From contig JAMWCC010000079.1 in assembly GCA_023818375.1 (NCBI GenBank), forward strand, positions 2,021 through 66,020: a stretch of 64,000 bases of DNA, read 5' to 3'. The notes beneath the pieces were generated by a model. It was given only the letters and a program-made list of their open reading frames with translations. It made no database searches and was not told where the DNA came from. Position 1 is the first letter of the stretch. Every line of letters begins with the position of its first letter. The translations under genes were made by a program, and so were the position numbers. Origin of the DNA: Candidatus Omnitrophota bacterium (GTDB lineage Bacteria > Ratteibacteria > UBA8468 > B48-G9 > DTJG01). Positions 59,601 through 64,000 of the stretch are shown here, one piece after another.

Positions 59601-59869
59601 AAGCCCATTATCTCTGCGCAATTATCAATTCAAAGCCAGTTCGCGATTTTATTAAATCTTTTTCTTCTGCTGGTAGAGGTTTTGGCACGCCTTCAGTGAT
59701 GGAACATGTGGGTATTCCAAAATTCAACCCGAAAAACCCACTTCATAAGAAACTTTCTGAAATTTCTAAAAAATGTCATCGGCTAAAAGCTGCAGGCAAA
59801 GAGAAAGAACTCGAAAAATTAGAAGAAGAAAACGATGAATTAGTAAAGAAACTTTTTTTGATAAAATAG
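56645..59869 (+). CDS. Gamma-class N6-adenine DNA methyltransferase fused to large N- and C-terminal domains (Type IIG/IIL restriction-modification-like, 1074 aa)
   Basis: Motif X GEYYTPDWLAELLL, motif I LDPACGSGTFLV, motif IV VVGNPPWILWEY. About 370 aa upstream of the MTase contains SDAVHGQVIIEYEP (a possible degenerate PD-ExK). About 450 aa downstream looks like a TRD. Confidence 0.8.
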   Translation: MTKKLLPNTNHASLLKFADELVLRTKDLLREAKTEEDLRIGFEKLLESIRAGLNLKSTPRYEKSVYSGRSDAVHGQVIIEYEPPNSFSSRKNIDHAYEQLVNYLSDETEATKLTQVGVGFDGAKIFFVQYQGKNDERIDRAKFFIRGPYDFNPESARTFLIHLRALSRLPLTAENLAQKFGPQSELAPKMVSALANALAYWGDQTHIRTFFNEWKRLFGIVYGEQFTGGQQEKEAEKLSKLYRVGTGTDFQELLFSVHTYFALLMKLIAAELLTLRETSFGSSLASQFTHISDDELKQQLENIENGGIYSQKGITNFLEGDFFRWYLDAFDSPELKEAIREIARCLSEFEPATSTLDPVSTRDLLKKLYQYLVPQEVRHRLGEYYTPDWLAELLLNEVGYDGNTLKRFLDPACGSGTFLVLAIQRAIEHGREKEKIPDLEIGKRILANIWGFDLNPLAVIAARTNYLFALGDLINEILSRGGKIEIPVYLADSVLWPEQVGGQIQLNFYGGDYVKVKTSVKEFHVPAIWIQDKGFRMQEAASMIEDFTKAEFEPEIAMKHFKKRGLAFSPNEQIVENFYKEVLELEKKKQNGIWARFLKNAFAPMVAGKFDFVVGNPPWILWEYLSKEYREATQNLWDDYGLTRIGQTRNVLIRGRRDFSMLFVYASADYYLKGGAKLGFLITQEVFKSKGAGEGFRRFQLGDKEYLKVLKAHDLVSIQPFEGAANKTAVIILKRGEKTEYPLPYFIWTKKKSVSKIATDKLLDEVLPLLQKKKYSAKPIGSDVGAWQTQIKEAECPAVEGQNYYKAKIGVVVSPYSVFWLKVKQVLSNGDLLINNLNEEGKVKVPIIEATIEHELVYPAIKSSDITRWLASPEIFVLITHPASQIPHNETTMRNRWPKIYSYLLNFKDILAQMALYKHFHEPVGNPFYGQRNIGEHVFSLYKVVWRRQASDISAAVVSQHKTLFGYRPVVVLDPSVLISTNSESEAHYLCAIINSKPVRDFIKSFSSAGRGFGTPSVMEHVGIPKFNPKNPLHKKLSEISKKCHRLKAAGKEKELEKLEEENDELVKKLFLIK

Positions 59870-59883
59870 TTCAGGAAAAAGGT

Positions 59884-60045
59884 ATGTGTGAGGAAAACAC
59901 TAAACAAGAATATGAGGATAAAATTGAACAGCTCATTTTTAGAGCAGAAATGTTTCTCAACTGGTCAAGGAACTTCTTTCACTTCTACGAGAAAGTAATT
60001 AACAAAAAAACTATTGAAGAGAAGCTGCAAGTTACTCCTGTTTAA
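59884..60045 (+). CDS. Small hypothetical protein (53 aa)
   Basis: ORF with AAAAAGG upstream. No recognisable motif. Confidence 0.3.
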   Translation: MCEENTKQEYEDKIEQLIFRAEMFLNWSRNFFHFYEKVINKKTIEEKLQVTPV

Positions 60046-60069
60046 AAATTTTTAACATTACATAATGTT

Positions 60070-60474
60070 TTGTATTTTTTTGAAGTTTGCCTAATTCTGG
60101 ATACTCTATTGGGTACAAAAAAGAAAAAAACCAAAGAGATTTCCTTTGACAATTTCTTTACTAAGTTCAAGCTCACTGCTTTTGCGCAAGAGATAGAAAA
60201 CATTCGCGAAGAGTATCACAGAAGCGGCATACACTTAATAAGAAATAAGATTATAGCTCACAAAGATGCAAGGAACGTTGGTGACCCGTTAACTCATTTT
60301 ATGAACAGAATAAACAAAGAGTTCATTGATAAAGCAGAAGGAATTATTCAAAGGTTAAGAGAATGTATATGGAACCATTTTAAAGAACCACACATAAACA
60401 ATTATATCGCAGATTTTTATGGAGATAGTCATAAATTTATAATTGATACACTTGAAAATTCGTTAGATACTTGA
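60070..60474 (+). CDS. Hypothetical protein with Rx4-6H (HEPN-like) motif; start uncertain (TTG)
   Basis: HLIRNKIIAHKD matches the HEPN R-X4-6-H pattern. No ATG near the 5-prime end of the ORF. Confidence 0.35.
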   Translation: MYFFEVCLILDTLLGTKKKKTKEISFDNFFTKFKLTAFAQEIENIREEYHRSGIHLIRNKIIAHKDARNVGDPLTHFMNRINKEFIDKAEGIIQRLRECIWNHFKEPHINNYIADFYGDSHKFIIDTLENSLDT

Positions 60475-60496
60475 CGTTCTTTAACTTGAGGCAGTT

Positions 60497-60892
60497 TTGA
60501 TGGTAAACAATGATAATTTGATCAAAATTAAAGAAGATGCGATAAAAATTCAGGAAGCAGATATAGCCGATGCTATTAGAAGCATTGAGAATGAAAATAC
60601 AAAGTCATCTTTTGTCCTGGGTTTTGCCGCTGTTTTGTTCGGAATTGTATTTGATAAAATGGACAAAATTCAACAAGAGATTATGTTAGTATTTTTATTA
60701 TTGGTGGTATTATCTGTAATCTTTGCTCTCTGGAACATATCCGCAAAAAAAATTAAAATCCACACAAATGTGGATGAAATTTTTGTTAAGAATAAACCGG
60801 ATAACTGGAAGAACATCTTAATAATAAACACTTGCGATTGCGAGAAGTCTATAATGAAGCAAGTAAACTTCTATATCAAAAAGCATCAATAA
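60497..60892 (+). CDS. Small membrane protein with two TM helices
   Basis: FVLGFAAVLFGIVF and IMLVFLLLVVLSVIFALW hydrophobic helices. 131 aa. Confidence 0.4.
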   Translation: MMVNNDNLIKIKEDAIKIQEADIADAIRSIENENTKSSFVLGFAAVLFGIVFDKMDKIQQEIMLVFLLLVVLSVIFALWNISAKKIKIHTNVDEIFVKNKPDNWKNILIINTCDCEKSIMKQVNFYIKKHQ

Positions 60893-60955
60893 CACGTTGG
60901 TCGTTTGTTCTACTGATTTTATCAGTATTGTTATTATCAATAGGGAGGATATTTT

Positions 60956-61147
60956 ATGGACAAAAATGACAAAATAACAAAGCACATTGGTGAACAAACA
61001 ACACTGACACAAGATTCGAATCAGGGGAATCGTTCATCGGAAAACGGAGATAGCGGCAAAGGAGATTCTACCACTCAGGAGAGTACCCCACTTAAACCAC
61101 AGGGAACACTGAAAGGAATTACCTTTCCGAAAGTGAATAAAAAATAA
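60956..61147 (+). CDS. Small hydrophilic low-complexity protein (63 aa)
   Basis: GGGAGG RBS. Ser/Thr/Gly/Asp/Gln-rich, likely disordered. Confidence 0.3.
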   Translation: MDKNDKITKHIGEQTTLTQDSNQGNRSSENGDSGKGDSTTQESTPLKPQGTLKGITFPKVNKK

Positions 61148-61890
61148 AAAAATTATCTGCTCGCCCGTGAAGCAGTAAAGATGAAAAGAAAATCTGAGTG
61201 TAATACTGAGTGAGAATTATTTCGTATCGTACCAAGCCGGCAAAGCGTGATAGCAACTCTGTTTCAACAAAATATCAGAGTAGACCAATTTTCATTTTTT
61301 AGTTGAAAAATTTTGCGAGTGGGACAATTAGCAATTTTAGGCAAATCTTTCCGTTGTTTTCAAAGAAGTTTTAAAATCCCTGATTGACACCACCTTAATG
61401 GTTCAGGTATTTAACCCTACGTACCTTAAAAATTAGCCCAGCATATATCGCTTTTTAACTTCATCTTAGATAAAGATTGTTTGCTTAAAATACCCTTTTA
61501 TATTGTCTAATGATGTAATTTCCTATTTTTGGTCCTGCGTTGCCTTTCTCTGAATATTGTAGTCAGTTGTTAGAATACATATCACGGCTTAAAATAGATT
61601 AATGGACAAAAAAAGATTTGTTAATGGTATCGTTGAAGAAGAAAACAGAATTATCTTATAACACCGGAAATCGAAAGATCGCAAATTAAATGCCGTTTCC
61701 TTTATTAACAATAATCTGTGAGAAACCAGTTGGATAGTAAAATTTTATGATAAAATTTATGGCGTCCGGCCTGGAGAAAAAATGAAAATTGGTTTTGACA
61801 ATATCAAATACTTAAACCAGCAGGGGAAGAATAAGGGGCGATTTTGGTATTACTTATGACGCAAACACCACAAGATTTATTCTGGGAAAG

Positions 61891-63486
61891 ATGAAACTAT
61901 TTTTCTTCAAGATATGCAAAGCATTCGTTTTTATATTTTTGATAGTCCGAAGTGTATCTCCAAATGTTTTGGAAGTGAATGACTATTTCAGGGTGATGGG
62001 GGAAGTATATTTCAGGTTTCAGACATCTGAAATATTTTCTTTAAGGGAAGTATCAAAAATTGTCTCGATTGAAAAAATCAAGGATGGCTGGGTTTATGCC
62101 TATGCAAATAAAGAAGAGTTTGAAAAATTCCTTAAAACTGTTGCCGACTATGAAATTCTCCATCATCCTGGTTATGATGCCAATGTTGACCCTGCAAAAA
62201 AATTTTCTCTCAACCTGACCTATGCTAATCAGTACCCATCCTATAATGAGTACCTTGAAATAATGAACTGGTTTCAATCACAATATCCTGATATATGTCA
62301 GATTTATGAAATAGGAACAAGTGTTCTAGGAAGGAAAATTCTGTGTGCAAAAATCACAGGACTTACTGATATATTTTTCAAGCCACGGGTTTTTCTTACT
62401 TCCACAATACATGGAAATGAACCAGCTGGCTATGTTGTGATGCTACAACTAATTGATTATCTCTTAACTGAATATGGAACAAATCAGGATGTCACAAGGA
62501 TTGTAAATAACTGTGAAATCTGGATAAATCCACTTGCAAATCCTGATGGTACATACTGGGCAGGAGATGATACTGTATTTGGAGCAAGAAGATACAATGC
62601 AAATGGGGTTGACTTAAACAGAAATTTTCCAGATCCTGAAGAAGGTCTACATCCTGATGGAAGATTGTGGCAGCCAGAAACAATTGCAATGATGGATTTT
62701 GCCACTATCACAATGCCTGTATTATCAGCAAATTATCATTCAGGCGCAGAAGTGGTAAACTACCCATGGGACACCTGGGAAAGATTACATCCTGACAATG
62801 ACTGGTTTGTATCCATCAGCAGAAATTATGCAGATACAGTCCATCTCAATTCACCACCCGGCTATTTTGATGATTTTGACAATGGCATCACCAATGGCTA
62901 TGCATGGTATCCGATTGCTGGTGGAAGACAGGACTATATGAATTATTTCCAGCATTGCAGAGAAGTCACAATTGAAATAAGTCATGAAAATTTTCCGCGA
63001 GAACCATTTTTGTACTGGACCTATAACAGCCAGGCGATCATAAATTTTATTTCTCAATCTCAAACAGGAATATGTGGCATTGTTAGCTGTCAGAGCAATG
63101 GACCAATAAAAGCAAAAGTTGAAATTCCTGAAAGGGATTATGACAATTCCTTTGTTTTTTCAGAAGTTCAGACAGGAAGATTTTTTAGATTGCTTCTTCC
63201 TGGTAAATACAATCTGAAATTTTCCGCACCATACCACTACGAACAAAAAATTGAAAATGTTGAAGTAATTGAAGGCGAACTAACTACCTTGCATATCAAT
63301 CTTGAACATGCCTCAAAAGGAGATCCTTCAGCAGATAGAATAATTGATATCTCAGATGTGATACTATGTCTGAGGATGGCAATAGGCCTTGAGATGACAG
63401 ATCTATTGTCGTGCGACATAAACGATGATGGTGCAATTGATATAAGCGATGTTATCCTGATACTAAGAATGAGCATTGGACTCTGA
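61891..63486 (+). CDS. M14 zinc carboxypeptidase with carboxypeptidase-regulatory-like domain and C-terminal type I dockerin
   Basis: HGNEPAG zinc-ligand motif plus upstream M14 signatures. C-terminal DISDVILCLRMAIGLE...DINDDGAIDISDVILILRMSIGL. Confidence 0.8.
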   Translation: MKLFFFKICKAFVFIFLIVRSVSPNVLEVNDYFRVMGEVYFRFQTSEIFSLREVSKIVSIEKIKDGWVYAYANKEEFEKFLKTVADYEILHHPGYDANVDPAKKFSLNLTYANQYPSYNEYLEIMNWFQSQYPDICQIYEIGTSVLGRKILCAKITGLTDIFFKPRVFLTSTIHGNEPAGYVVMLQLIDYLLTEYGTNQDVTRIVNNCEIWINPLANPDGTYWAGDDTVFGARRYNANGVDLNRNFPDPEEGLHPDGRLWQPETIAMMDFATITMPVLSANYHSGAEVVNYPWDTWERLHPDNDWFVSISRNYADTVHLNSPPGYFDDFDNGITNGYAWYPIAGGRQDYMNYFQHCREVTIEISHENFPREPFLYWTYNSQAIINFISQSQTGICGIVSCQSNGPIKAKVEIPERDYDNSFVFSEVQTGRFFRLLLPGKYNLKFSAPYHYEQKIENVEVIEGELTTLHINLEHASKGDPSADRIIDISDVILCLRMAIGLEMTDLLSCDINDDGAIDISDVILILRMSIGL

Positions 63487-63488
63487 TA

Positions 63489-64000
63489 CTATTCGCAATA
63501 AAAAGAATATAAACAGGACTCTTTTGCTCCATAGGTCTCTTCAAGAACAAACCTGATTCCTTCAACATTTTGATTAACCTGGCATCTGAATAACCTCTGG
63601 TTATTATTGTCAACATTGCACAGGATTTTCCACCTTCCATTTTGTTTTATTTCTATTTTGAATTTTTTTGGCATTGTATCAGGTAGGTGCGTAAGCTGGT
63701 CGTCTTTCTGGTGATGACTCATTGCTATAAGCTTATCAAGTCCGCTATCAACAATGAGTGTTAGCTTGTTAATATATGTTTCATGGCTGAATGAATAAGC
63801 AATCCAGTCACCTACTTTACATTTCCAGCAATGGCTATCATCACCAACAGGTCTGTTTATTCCATCTCTTACTGGTTCAGGATTACCAATTGAAGCAATG
63901 AGATTTGCATTCAAAGTTATTTCTGGTAATTTTTGCTTTACCCATGGAATATAAGCATCATCGTATAAAAGTGTTTGCTGCAACAAGTCAATATGGTCTA
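63489..64000 (-). CDS. Hypothetical protein, 5-prime end probably beyond the window
   Basis: Frame stays open upstream of the annotated TTG out to the window edge. Cys/His-containing (HCWKC). Confidence 0.35.
   Translation of the reverse strand, partial: DHIDLLQQTLLYDDAYIPWVKQKLPEITLNANLIASIGNPEPVRDGINRPVGDDSHCWKCKVGDWIAYSFSHETYINKLTLIVDSGLDKLIAMSHHQKDDQLTHLPDTMPKKFKIEIKQNGRWKILCNVDNNNQRLFRCQVNQNVEGIRFVLEETYGAKESCLYSFYCE

Noticed and set aside
61148-61890. attR copy of the tRNA-Met 3-prime end closing the island
   Set aside because: The best candidate (…AAATCCCTGATTGACACCACC near 61374) shares only short patches with GGTTCGAATCCGGCCGGGTCCACCA. That is not significant by eye.
63489-63986. 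Treating the last minus-strand ORF as a complete 165-aa gene
   Set aside because: Its start is TTG and the frame remains open to the window edge, so it is reported as partial.

Overview
Chromosomal segment of an AT-rich bacterium, GC judged by eye in the mid-30s percent. Gene content is Gram-negative-like: LPS genes waaA, lpxI and gmhB; TonB, ExbB and ExbD; SurA; type II secretion pseudopilins. H-X9-DG/DUF1559-type pilin-like proteins and dockerin modules hint at a PVC-related or candidate-phylum anaerobe (inference only).

Layout, in window order:
1. 1-12.9 kb: large type IV pilus / T2SS-like cluster. It has three secretion ATPases (a partial GspE/PilB, PilT, PilB), PilC, and about ten prepilin-type proteins, including two giant minor pilins.
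2. 12.9-16.6 kb: conserved surA-pdxA-rsmA (ksgA) synteny.
3. 16.6-17.3 kb: two unannotated small ORFs, then a GC-rich cspA with a strong terminator.
4. 17.3-22.1 kb: TPR protein, plug-less TonB-dependent-receptor-like barrel, exbB, exbD, tonB.
5. 22.1-25.1 kb: small accessory patch. It holds tRNA-Gln, followed by a 24-bp direct repeat of its 3-prime end flanking a GC-rich 167-bp insert, and redox/Cys-rich small proteins (peroxiredoxin, ferredoxin-domain protein, 8-Cys and 9-Cys mini-proteins).
6. 25.2-29.2 kb: metY-cysK-metX-metW sulfur amino acid operon, preceded by a Cys-codon-rich small ORF.
7. 29.2-31.8 kb (minus strand): 863-aa surface protein with a C-terminal dockerin. A second dockerin protein, an M14 carboxypeptidase, sits at 61.9-63.5 kb.
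8. 31.9-35.7 kb: ABC-2 exporter pair and an FAD-dependent oxidoreductase.
9. 35.9-55.1 kb (minus strand): housekeeping block. amtB-glnK, xerD, hisB, a GGDEF cyclase, waaA, an FAD oxidase, lpxI, queC, queE, a URO-D family protein, a secreted hypothetical, pdaD-speB (plus strand), a ThuA-like protein, gmhB, argC, rpsI, an FGGY kinase and a PmoA-like hypothetical.
10. 55.4-61.9 kb: defense-type island at tRNA-Met. It contains an MNT antitoxin-like gene with a truncated hepT, a block of palindromic repeats, tRNA-Met, a C-protein-like HTH regulator, a 1074-aa gamma-class N6-adenine methyltransferase / Type IIG-like enzyme, four small ORFs (one with an Rx4-6H HEPN-like motif, one 2-TM protein) and a 740-bp non-coding tail.

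No CRISPR array, rRNA or transposase was seen. The most likely place for an undescribed system is the tRNA-Met island (candidates: the HEPN-like + 2-TM pair downstream of the RM enzyme, and the N-terminal domain of the 1074-aa enzyme). The next candidates are the Cys-codon-rich leader-like ORF upstream of the met/cys operon and the tRNA-Gln att-like duplication. Coordinates I derived by hand may be off by 1-2 nt.
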